From Takakia lepidozioides (lineage: Eukaryota; Plantae; Bryophyta): a stretch of 64,000 nt of DNA. The notes under the pieces were generated by a model. That model was given only the letters and a program-made list of their open reading frames with translations, was not told where the DNA came from and ran no database searches. Position numbers and translations under genes: made by a program. The DNA is taken from positions 65,472,001 to 65,536,000 of the forward strand of contig CM060731.1 of the NCBI GenBank assembly GCA_030704615.1, read 5' to 3'. This document shows positions 24,995 through 36,600 of this stretch, one piece after another; positions within the stretch are counted from its first letter, which is position 1, and the number at the start of each line of letters is the position of its first letter.

Positions 24995-27252
24995 TCAAGC
25001 AGAGCGACCCTCCCAGCCAACAGCCTGGAGGAGATCAAGCAAGGAGATAGGCAAAGTGTCAGGTAGAGGCGGAAGATGAGATGACGCGGAGCTAGCCACA
25101 TCAGCCCGATGCAAAATAGATATGGCTTGTGCTCTCTACAAAGCAACTGAAACACGTTGTCGATAATAGGCGACAAGGACGGAGGCATGTGGGATGCTAG
25201 TGGACCTGCTCTTAGCTGCATGATGTGCACATGTCCGTAGGAAATCGTCGAAGTGCCGGTGCAATGAGCCAAATATCGGCGGCGTGTAGAGTAGGACGTG
25301 AGCGTGGGTCATAGATATGGTTGCTCACGCAGTACATAACCCTGCCTCCCGAGCAATAGATGTCACCGCATCGCGAACCATATCATAAGACGCAGTGCGC
25401 TCACCACCACATGGACAGCGGAGGAGATGGATGGCAAGGTCATCGATGGGCTGAAGACAGACGCAGCGTTGAAGGCCCAAGGCCGAAGGATGAGACAAAC
25501 CGAGTCGAAGGCGGAGCGCAGTAGTGAAAATAGGGGATGAGAAGTGAAAAGGTGCGATAGTGGGTCGTGCTGCCAACCATGCCCCTGCTCCGGGTCCTCT
25601 GCATGATAGAAGTCGGGCTCGATGCAACTCAGAAGAAACACTTGAGAGAATGCCGGAAAAGAAATGACGGTGTACGCGCTCGGAAATGGACTCCTGAAGA
25701 TGGTCGAGGCCTTGAGCAGCCAACTGCTCAAATGGTGGTAGACATGCTCGCGCCAGTGCCGGAAGAAGATCTCGTGCAGAGCGGAGATGCTGCTGGAAGG
25801 GTAAAATGTCACTGTCGACATGTGTAACGGCGTCAATAAGGATGGGACGATGGTCACAGAGAAATCATGAAGTGAGGGCTGGCGCCACCAACGCCCAACT
25901 GTCGATGAAAGCTGACGGGGCGGTAGTGACAGTGGACAAAAGACCCCACCACCGGAAGAGACGAGCAGGGTGGCTTGCTGTCGTGGCAAAAGTCCCTGAG
26001 CACCCTCCAGAGCTCCTGGTCCTAACAATCTCCCGAAGATAGTTATCATGGTAGTATTAAACCCAGATAAGAGGTGTAGGAAATCTGGGCTGGTGGAACA
26101 GTGCGCAAGAGATATGAGTGACGCTGAAGGAAACATTTGGTCAAGATTCCATATGCTACATGTACATCTCCGAGCCTAGGAAGGAGATCGGTGTGGGTGG
26201 CATCCTGGTGGAGTGCATCGGAGTGCATCTTCCAAGAAGGACGTTGTGAATTGGGTGCCAAAAGGGACTCCCAGGATTCTGATGTCATTGGGCGGAACAA
26301 TGAAGTGAGCATGGAGGACAAAATCTGCAGGGAAACCGGACGGAGACCACACCGCACATTTGCGAGGTTGCACTGAAAAGCCCACGGAGAGTTGGGTGAC
26401 AAAATGATGGTAAGCTGAAAGTACCTGTGAGGCAGGGCCTACAATGTGCGTGTCGTCTGCCATCGACGGAAAAAAGACAAGATGAGTATACTTGTGCAGA
26501 AGCCGTGAGGGCGCGGACATGAGCCATGGCAAACAAAGGTCCTCGTAAAGGGTCGCCTTGGCGGGTCCCAACCTCAGACTGAAAGCACTCACCTAGGCGA
26601 GAATGATGACTGTAGTATAGGGGAGTGGTGGATGCATAGAATAATCGAACAAACGGAATGAGTTGGTGGAAATCTCCTCCGACTGAACGGAGCTCCTGAA
26701 AGATAGCCGCTCGTGACACAGTGTTGAAAGCGTTGGTGATGTCGACCTGGAGAACCACCCAATCCGGATGAAGATCAAGAGCTGCAAAATCCCCTGAACC
26801 ACCGCCTCGCAACCTCCTGGAGTGGCGACCCTGAACTGGTGTGGAAAGAGGTGTCCGGAGAGGCATCTCGAAACTGAAGACAAAATGAGCAGCTGACAAG
26901 GCGGTAAAGAACCTCTCCAACTACGATAGGGCGGATGCCAGTACCTGAGGGTTTGCTCATAGCCAACAATCTGGAGGCCCCAAGGAAACGGGCCACTGGG
27001 GTAGGGATACGGCCAGCAGCAATAAAGGATCAACTCTAAAATAGCTGAGAGAAGCCACTAGCAGAGCTCGGTGGAGAGAAACAGTCGCGTAAGTGCTCAT
27101 ACAAGTCGAAGTCCTCGACAAAGAGCGACAAAATATCTTGAGCTGATGGGTGAAGGCTTCGAGGGCAATGACAGTATCCGGTGATGGAGGCGCTGGTGAG
27201 GAAGGTGCTAAAGCCTTGGCCGCGCGTGAATACTCGCCAACGCGGCCCAACA
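24995..27252 (-). mobile_element. CRE non-LTR element, second copy (RT to C-terminus), truncated by a junction to the LTR element
   Basis: Near-identical to about 1-2075; shows the ORF end RVSVAL*RAQAISILHRA..LPPL. Confidence 0.85.
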
Positions 27253-29958
27253 GACAACGTGGTGGCCGATGCTTTAAGTAGAAAGCAGCAGCTCTTGTTG
27301 GTGTACAAGGGCGAGACGGCGCTCCAAAGGAAGATCCGGAAGGCTTCCCGGAAGGATGAGCTGGCGAAGTCCGTGATGCAGGACTTGAGGATGGGGGTTA
27401 AATCGCAGTTCCACTTGCAAAATGGACTGCTCCGGTATAAGCAAAAGCGTCTCTACGTGCCGAAGGGAGGGATCAGAGATAGCCTCTTGAGAGAATGCCA
27501 TGATAGCCCGCTTGCGGGCCACGGCGGAGCCAAGCGCACTGCGGTACTCTTGAAGAAAGAGTATTTCTGGCCCAAACTGAGGGATGAGGCAGAGGAGTAT
27601 GTCAAGACATGCACCACATGCCAACAAAACCGGAGCGAGTACAAAAAGCAAGCGGGGCTGTTACAACCCTTACCGATTCCAGAGGGGACTTGGGAAAGCG
27701 TCTCGATGGATTTCATGACTGCTATGCCGCTGTCAAAAGGATTCGATGCAATCATGGTGGTGGTGGATAGGTTCAGTAAAATGGGTCATTTCATCCCCAC
27801 CAAGGAGACGGCAACGGCACAGGAACCAGGCCGACTTTACTTCGCCCACGTCTTAAAGCATTATGGAGTCCCAAAGGATATTGTCTCGGACCGCGATCCA
27901 AAGTTTACGAGTAAATTTTGGAGGGCACTTTGGAAGAAGATGGGGACGAGGCTGAAGATGAGCACCGCCTTCCGACCTACGACCGACGGTCAAACAGAAA
28001 GAGTGAATTCCGTAGTGAAGCAGATCTTGCGGAATTACGTGTCGGCAGACCAAACAGACTGGGTGGAACACTTAGACGCAGCAGAGTTCTGTTATAATAA
28101 CACAGAACACTCCGCAACGGGAGTTTCCCCTTTCGTATTGGTCTATGGAAAAGCACCTCTGGTGCCGACAAGTTGGGCCGCCCAGGACGTTGAGGAACCA
28201 GTAGCGGCGGTACTGGAAGAACGCGAGCGTTGTTGAAGCTCGCAAAGTACAACATTGCCAAAGCTAAGAAACGGTATGAAAGGCAGGCGAATCGGAAGCG
28301 GAGGGAAGTGAAGTTTGAGGCAGGCACAGAGGTCTGGTTGAACATCAAGAATTTCCTACTACCTCCGGAAGTGAGTCCGAAGTTCGTACCTCCGTATGCG
28401 GACCCTTTCGCATTCGGAAGGTTATGAATGAGGATGTGTATGAATTGGCTGCCGGCAAACAGCAAGGTGCACCCAGTATTCCATGTCTCCCTTTTGAAGC
28501 CTTACTTCAAAGATGAAGCGCGTCCGAATCGGCATCAAGTGTTGCATCCGCCACCTATGCTGTTGGATCATGAAAATGAACATGAGTACGAGGTGGAGGC
28601 AATACTTAAGTCGAGGAGGTTCAAGAACCGAGAAACGGAGTATCTCGTCAAATGGAAGGGCTATCATCAGGTGGAGGCATCTTGGGTGCGTGCCTCAGAA
28701 ATAGGAAACGCATCCGAGGCGGTTGCAGCTTTCGAAGGCGACCTTAAAAGCGGAAGAAGCGTTGATGGGGACATCAACCTTGGAGCGTGGGGAGGAAATG
28801 CATGCTTAGCCCGGCTTAGCTAGCTTAGGAATCCGATTGCAAAAACTTGTATTGTACAAAACGTGCTATAAATGAAATGGCTTCCAAATGTTGTGCGTCC
28901 TATTTTGTTTGAATGGTGATGCATGGTATGGTTGGCTAGTGTGTAGAATGCATGCTAGCTTATAAAAGTGGGAGAGGTAAATTGGATTAATCGTGTGTTT
29001 GCGTAGTGCCGAAATCGGGTGACCCCCATCCAAGGGGCAAGGAAACTTGCGCCTTCTTTGGGAGTTCACGTGCTAGTGCGCACCTGGCGCGTGCACGTAC
29101 TATAACTGCGCTACCGAGGGGTTTCCTTGTAGTGCGGGCTAACGCGGAAGCTACGTGCTTCCGTTCACGTACTATAATCGTGTAGCCTCGGGACAAGTCG
29201 TAGTGCGGCTTCGGCGTGTTCCCGTACCTCAGGCCATCATTCCAAGGCGGACCCAATTGTAATGATTGGGGCGCACGGTTGGTTCAAGGTTATCTTCCTA
29301 GTCAAAGAGGGTTCCAGGTGAACCCTTGCTCAAGGTGATGCCAAAAGCGGCATCATGAGCGGTCGCAAGCAATGTTGTTGCAGTAAGGCGATTCGATCCT
29401 CGGGGAGGATCGTTCCGTGGCCTTAAAGTAGGCCAAGAAGAGTGCACTGGGAGGAGCTGGAGAGGCTCCACCCTTGGCCGGGACTTGGAGGAAGTCGGCC
29501 GAACTAGCTAGTGGAGAGTAGAGTCAAGTGTGGGGTTTGGTTCTTTGCCATGGGACGCCATGGTACGGAAACAAACTCCTTGATGTGGGACGCCACAACT
29601 TGGATGTTCGTTTCTACAAATGGACAAGACGATGAGGACATCGACTCCCTGTTGGTAGGGGTGTGTGTCGCGCCCCCTTGCCTTGAGAGCAGGGGGGTCG
29701 GGACACATGAGGGGCTGCCCCTGTGGTGGGGGAAGCGGCAGCGATAGGTATGGGGGCTGAAGCACCCTTGAGTGCCCAAGGCACTCAAGGAGGCGGAGGC
29801 GCTCACTAGGTGGAGCCCCGCACACCGGTTGCGGTGGGGGTGGCTCCACAAGGGGTGGTGGTAGCTTAGTGGGACTTAGTGGGGGTGGCATAGGACTCAC
29901 CATGGGGGTGGAGACCTCGTGGTGGGAGTCGTGGGGAGTCTTGGGACTCATCACGGTC
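27253..29958 (+). mobile_element. Chromovirus (Ty3/Gypsy) copy A, 3' half: RNaseH end, integrase, chromodomain, long 3' UTR, PPT, partial 3' LTR (29666-29958)
   Basis: NVVADALSR; HHCC; SMDF..IVSDRD..DGQTERVN; VHPVFHVSLLKP; EYEVEAIL..EYLVKWKGY..SW; purine tract 29654-29665 then TGTCGCG. Confidence 0.92.
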
Positions 29959-32330
29959 AGGTGCTCCAGGTGCTCCTCCTTTGTTTTTGAATACACCAAG
30001 ATGTCGTCGATGTACACGATCACAAAGTCATCCAACCACTCTTGGAAAAGGCTGTTCATCAGCGTGCTAAAAGGTCGCGGGTGCGTTGGTGAGCCCAAAA
30101 GGCATCACCAAGAACTCATACGAACCATACCTCGTCCTGCACGCGGTCTTCTCCTCATCTCCTTCCGCCACTCGAATTTGATGATTGCCGGAGCGCAGAT
30201 CGATCCGGCTGAAATACTTCGCTCCTGCCAACCGATCGAAAAGGTCGTCGATCCTTGGCAAAGGGTACCAGTTTTTGATAGTCACCTTATTCAGAGCCCT
30301 GTAATCGACACACATCCGCAGCGTCCCATCCTTCTTGTCTGCAAATAGCACCGGGGCTCCGTAAGGTAACTTACTCGGATGTACCCCTTTGACATTAGAT
30401 CCTTGAGCTGAGTCTTCAGCTCGACCAACTCTCTGTGGCTCAACCGGTAGGGCGCCTTGGCAGGCGGTTCCGATCCCGGTATCACCTCAATCTTGTGGTC
30501 AACTCCTCTTCGCGGTGGCAAGCCGCTTGGCAAATCCTCCGGCATCACATCATGGTATTTCTCCAAAATCCCCTTGATCCAATCTGGGCTCGGCTCTCCA
30601 TCGCCTTCTCCCTTCACTTCTCTAATGTAGAGCAAAACTGGGGCTCATGTGCCTCCTCCACGGCCCACTCCCTTGCTGACAGAAGGTTATTCGCCCTCCA
30701 CGGGTTTGGGCGTTTCCGAAACTCGTAAGACCTCGCCACCATTCCAACATGGCAGCGTGACTACCCTCTTGCGGCCATCTATGACCGCTCCGGATTTGCT
30801 CAAAAAGGTCATCCCCAAAATGAGATCCACTCCATCGATCTCGCAGACGGTGAAGTTCTCACGTCCCTCCCAACTCCCCAGTTGAAGAGGAACATCGAAC
30901 GCCAACCTCGTTGCCAATTGCGGTTCTCCTTTTGCAGAACACACCTCAATAGAGGCCCCTACGTCAGTTGTCGGGAGTCCCAACTTTTGTGCCGTTGCCG
31001 GTGTCATAAAGGAGTGCGACGCTCCTATGTCCACCAACAACGACACGTTAGTTCCAGATATTATCCCATCCACGAACAATAAGTGACTCCCTTTACGCAA
31101 TGCGCCAGTTTCCTGATACAACTCACAAGAATATTTGCCTACCTTGCAAGTCCTGGCGACCACCGCTTCCACCAAGCGACTGATGGTATCTTCCGACAGC
31201 TCCGTGGTTGCCCGAGTCATGTTCAATTGTCGGGGTTTCGTGCACTTCTTGGCCATGTGCCCGGGCTCTCCGCAATTGAAACACACTCCATCAAAGGTCG
31301 CCTTCTGTCCGCCATAAGCCGCTCCACCCACTTTTCCTTTCGAAGCACCGGGTGCCGCCTTGACGTGTGAAGGCCCTCCCTTCGATTTCCACGTGCCATT
31401 GTCGCCGCGTGGCCTATCCCACTTCTTTTCCGGTCGAAAAGAGTCACCTTCCCGCCGGGTCTTCTTGTGGTTCAGCTCCGTACGGCCTTGTCTTTCACCC
31501 CTAGGGACATCTGAGAAACATTCAGCCCTCTCAATTGCCTCGTTCAAAGTCTTAGGTGGCTTCTCCTCCAACTTCCGCCTGGCCCATGGGGCCAGTCCCG
31601 CCACAAAGTTGAAGACCATTTCCGGTTCTGCCATGTCCGCGACTTCGAGCAAAAGCACATTGAAAGCCTGGACATATCCCCAAATGTCGTCTGTTTGCTT
31701 CAAATTCCTCATCTTGTCCCGGCAAGCCAGGACGCGTTGAGGGGTACAAACTGTCTCTTCATCAATTCCTTGAACCCACTCCAGTTCAAGGTTTCCGGGC
31801 TTAGACCTCGGTCATGAAGGCGTTTCTGCCCACATTGTTGAGCATAGCCCCTCAAATAGGTGGGAGCCACTTCCACCCGATCCTCGTCACTCAACTTGGC
31901 CGCCCGGAAGTACTGCTCTAGCTCCAAGAGCCAGGTGTTGAGTGCCTTCCGATTTCGGACGCCCTCGAAGGTGCCTGGTTCTTTAGGCTTCACCTTGAAC
32001 TTCGCCTTAGTGGAAGTGGCATTAGCCGCCCTCAACATGTCTTTCAGCGTCCCGCCAAACTGCGCCAATAACCCTTCCCAAAAGGCTGCCGGCATGGGAG
32101 GCATCTGTTGGTCGGTCGGAGCTCTCACGGATTCCTCGGGCTCCGACTCCTCGGATTCCTCCCGCTCTTGAGCGGCCTCGTTTTCGGAAACGTGCATCGC
32201 TCCCTCAAACGGCCACCTCGGTGACACGTCACCCCCATCGGGCTCACCAGGATCATCATCTTTTGGGCCGTTCCGCTTTCGCTTTGGCTTGCCCAACCCC
32301 ATGATGAGGCCAATCCCAAGGACAATCGCG
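29959..32330 (-). pseudogene. Chromovirus copy A gag-protease-RT (N-terminal part), frameshifted
   Basis: Gag, CCHC knuckle CFNCGEPGHMAKKC, protease [44 protein letters not shown]. Start is approximate. Confidence 0.9.
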
Positions 32331-32343
32331 TACTGAACTCTAA

Positions 32344-32355
32344 GCTCTGATACCA
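32344..32355 (-). other. Primer-binding site (tRNA-iMet)
   Basis: TGGTATCAGAGC on the - strand, 2 nt after the LTR end. Confidence 0.92.
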
Positions 32356-32357
32356 AG

Positions 32358-33079
32358 TGTCGCGCACCTCACTTCAGTAAACTCCCCTTCAAGTCATAGT
32401 TACTCGCTTTGATGCGCGCCTGACTCCCAACCTGGCCGCCGGGCCAACTTGGAGCTTCGGCTGCTCACCGGGACATAACGGTCCCCCTTCGCTCCCCCAC
32501 TAAACCCTCCACCTATTTGGGCCTAGTGGAATTCCCTTTGGTAGATGGCAGTCCGGAACAGCTCCCCACTCTTTGGACGCTTTCCGGCTCGCTCGCTTAC
32601 TCACTAGTTTTTGGTCACCAACGGGCTTGCACCGTTCTCGGGTTACTACTTCCCATATATACTTCTGTAGCTGTCCGCGGGGGTTTCACAACCAGCCATG
32701 CCATTTTATGGCGAACCACACGAAAACCCTCGACTCCCGGTGATGAGTCGCGGTGAGTCTTGGCCCACTCACCACGGCCCCTATGGACCGTGATGAGTCC
32801 CAAGACTCCCCACGACTCCCACCACGAGGTCTCCGCCCCCATGGTGAGTCCTATGCCACCCCCGCTAAGTCCCACCAAGCTACCACCACCCCTTGTGGAG
32901 CCACCCCCCACCGCAACCCGGTGTGCGGGGCTCCACCTAGTGAGCGCCTCCGCCTCCTTGAGTGCCTTGGGCACTCAAGGGTGCTTCAGCCCCCCATACC
33001 TATCGCTGCCGCTGCCCCCACCACAGGGGCAGCCCCCTCATGTCCCGACCCCCCTGCTCTCAAGGCAAGGGGCGCGACA
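32358..33079 (-). repeat. Complete 5' LTR of chromovirus copy A (about 720 bp)
   Basis: TGTCGCG..CGCGACA termini; adjacent PBS; homologous to 29666-29958, 56997-57643 and 60204-60920. Confidence 0.92.
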
Positions 33080-34649
33080 CCACAGTGTCTGTTGAGCCCT
33101 CCCCCACTGCGCCTCTCAGGTAGGGTTCGAGGTCCCACGCCAGTCACTTCTTCTCCAGTTGTGCAGCCTGCATTGCCGACCCCATCACTCTTACCCCGAC
33201 AGCATGCGCCTCTCTCATCAGACCGTACCCCATGCCCAGCTTGCGGTCATCTTTTTGCGCGCATCAGAGGGCTTGCGCGACACTAGCGCACGTGTGCGGC
33301 TCTTCATCAGTCCCACACAAATGGTACTTCTCCATTTCAGCCCAGGGATGCCTCGGCGTGAGCCTGGTCACGTGAGCGCGTGAGCGCTCACGCCACGTCA
33401 CCTTGCGCCAATGCCACGTCACGGGGCTCACTCCACGTCATCACACGTGAAGGCCGCGTCACCACGCGCCCAGAAAGAAGTGGAGTGTATTCCCGCGGAT
33501 TGGCACCCTTTACCGCGGAAACAAGCTGGACGACATAATAAAAGTCATTGAATAAGGATGGATGAATGTCAGTTGGATGATAAACAGATGGATGAGTGTG
33601 AAAAATGAATGTAGATGGATGAATGAGGGATGGATAAGAGTAAAATGGATGAATGTATAATGGATGTCGAGCAATGACAAAAATTCATGAGGAAGATGCA
33701 TGACCAAAACTTTTGACGAATGCACAACGTATATGAAATGAGTGTGGAAGGTTTGTGGGGTGGATTAAAGAGTACAGAGGATGAATGTACAATGGATGTT
33801 GAACAAAGGAAAACATTCATGAATGGAGCACGCATGAATACACTGTAGATGAATGCACAATGGATATGAGAAGAGTCAGGGAGGTTTGTGAGATGGATTC
33901 ATACATATTGCAATTTAAATGAAAGTTGATTATGTGTTTATTATTTGTTCTAAAGGAACAACTACGGTGGAGGAAGGGGATTCAATGTTTTCCAGATAGT
34001 ATGAAAATGAATATTAAAAGAATATAGTTCAGTCTGACTCAGAGTTAGTACAATGTATCCCCGCTTCCTCTGCATCTAAGTCTAAGTATTTTAAAACACG
34101 ATCCACGCTGGATACACCTACGGCTGGGCAGTAAAAAGTCAGGGGATAGGGACTCGGCCGCGTGAAGTGCCATTGCTTCGGCATAAACAGGAAGCAGAAA
34201 ATTGGAAAGGGGGCTGTCGAAAACAGACTCGCCAGAAATGACTGTATCTCCTGAAGATCCACCGCTGCCTTTCCTGAAAGACAGCATGAAAAAGTTATTA
34301 CTGTAACTTTGATGTTATTGAGAAATTGAGTATGGCTCCCAAAGAGGGTTTAGCACTTACTCACATGAAAAGTCGTTGTCGACCTTGTCGTGCGCATACG
34401 TATCGCTACACAACTACATCGCTGTACAAAACCACACAACACATGTGCACACCACACACTAGTATACCACTAGTCCACCACTAGTCCAACCACTAGGCTA
34501 CAACTAGTCAGTCACTAGGCTGCCACTATGTTGCCCACTATGGCAGTCACTAGTCCACACAATGATAAAGAAGAAGAATACAAGCACGAGCTCACAAATC
34601 TGAAGCATAAACTCATGCATATATAACCTCATCACAGAGTGCATCAAAT

Positions 34650-35420
34650 AGTTGGCCCAATGCAGTGGCGGATGCAGGGGGCATAGTGGAGCTTTCCGCC
34701 CTCATTCTGCAAGTGGATCCTCAGCCTCCACATGCCCTTTTGGAAGCAGCAGCACTGGTGCTTTCCAATGTGCTCCGTTTCAGCTCACAGTATTATCTCA
34801 AAGTACCAGTTGCGGTGCTTGTGAAGTTGCTGCGCCCAACCTATGAGGCAACAGTGGTGGTGGCACTGAGTGCACTGCTAGTTCTGGAGAGGGATAATGC
34901 ATCTAGTGCTGAAGGCATGGCTGAGACAGGTGCAGTGGAGGCACTGTTGGAGCTACTACGGTGCCATCAGTGCGAGGAAACTGCGGCACGCCTTGTGGAG
35001 GCCTTGTTCAATAACGTCAAAGTTCGTGACATGAAGGTGGCCAAACTTGCCATTGCATCTTTGTCACAGTACTTGCTCGACCCACAGACACGAATGCAGC
35101 CAGCAAGGCTGTTGGCAGCATTGGCATTAGGGGATCTGTTTCAGCATCAGGGCCTGTCTCGCAGTAGTGATGCAGTGTCAGCCTGTCGTGCTTTGGTGAG
35201 CTTGTTGGAGGATCAACCAAAATGAAGATGGTGGCCGTGTGCGCACTGCAGAACTTGGTGTGCAACAGCCGGTCCAACAAGCGTGCAGTGGCTGAGGCTG
35301 GGTATTCAGGTGGTACAAGAGCTCCTGGCCTCAAGCAATTCGGAAACTGTAGGGCAAGCTGCTACATTGATCAAGCTTGTCTTTTCAAACCATACCATTC
35401 AAGAGTATGCCTCGAGTGAA
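34650..35420 (+). pseudogene. CSI1: Captured fragment of CELLULOSE SYNTHASE INTERACTIVE 1 (ARM repeats)
   Basis: [99 protein letters not shown]. Truncated at both ends, with frameshifts. Confidence 0.88.
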
Positions 35421-35722
35421 ATTTCGGGCTCTATCGATTTCATCTTTGGCAATGGCCGCTCCCTATACAGAGGATGCAAGCTGCACGCAGTGGCGGATAC
35501 CTTCGATTCACTGACTACACAGAAGAAGAACGAATCTCGCATGGACACTGGTTTTTCTTTCGTGGATTGCTTTGTTTTTGAACTGGCCTGGAGCACTTGT
35601 TTTGAAGAACCCATGCACTCCACCAGCCTGCGTAATGCCTCACGATGTGCGCTCATATCTTTGCTACCAAATCCTTCACCTTCTTCTCCCCTTCTGAAGG
35701 CCTCCTGTGCCTCTTGAAACAG

Positions 35723-36027
35723 GCGTCTTGGACGTTGTTGGCAGCTTCACTTGCCTTCTCCTGAATGGTTTGCGCAGCGTCTGATATGGTGGAATGGAAA
35801 TCCTTGCTAGCAGAGTCGGTGGAGTTCTTGGCCTTACCAACGTTACTCTCAGCACCCTTCTTGGCATCGGATGTGGAGCCAAGGACAGCTTCTTTTAGAT
35901 TCTCAGCCTGCTGTCGGATAGTCGAGCCAAGATTCTCTACCTGGTTGGTACCATCCTCCAGCTTTCTCTTGTTGGTGCGGGCAACAGAATCAGCTCGATT
36001 CTTCAGGTCAGCTGATGCCTTCCCTGC
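35723..36027 (-). pseudogene. LEA-like hydrophilic gene fragment
   Basis: Open frame without a start codon: AGKASADLKNRADSVARTNKRKLEDGTNQVENLGSTIRQQAENLKEAVLGSTSDAKKGAESNVGKAKNSTDSASKDFHSTISDAAQTIQEKASEAANNVQDA. The call rests on composition only. Confidence 0.55.
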
Positions 36028-36600
36028 CTACGGCGGTGCACGGCTCTCATCCAGCCAAGCAGTCAGCAGCGCAGCCTACACACCCCACTCTTAGATATAA
36101 CCACAGGTTGACAAAAATCGCAGCAGCATCTCAAGCCTCCTGTTCTGATCCCTGTGACCAAGCTATATTACAATAGTGCTTAACAAAAACAAAAACATCA
36201 TATCTAGCTTAGCACTGGAAAACTAGATAGAGTCATCTCTCTCGAGTGATAAGAAAGCTAAATGACATACACTCTCAACACAAGAAACATGAAATCCATC
36301 GCTATCACTCGTTAAGATAATAGTCGAGCCAGGGGCACCCCAAGCTATGGGGACTCCACCCCACAACAACCTATACTCCCATCATAAGCACACTCAGTCC
36401 TAAACGATGCAGGAGCTCGGTCGCGTAGGCTCAACTCGAGAGAGATGAGCTACGCGACTGCCGCTCTCGTGAAGATAAGACGGGTTAGGTGTCAAACTAA
36501 ACTTGACACCTGATTTAACACTTGACCTAAATCCAAGTGTTAAATACAAATAACTAGCTTTATTCTAGCTAGTTTCACACTGTGCTTATTTAACTTGACA

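Noticed and set aside
25120-25300. Three differently scrambled versions of the CRE endonuclease region (also 55-125 and 46088-46160)
   Set aside because: The multi-deletion garbling looks like consensus/polishing failure; it cannot be read as biology without raw reads.
27181-28236. 351-aa ORF as a novel integrase fusion
   Set aside because: Its first 24 codons are antisense CRE sequence joined to the LTR integrase at a rearrangement junction.
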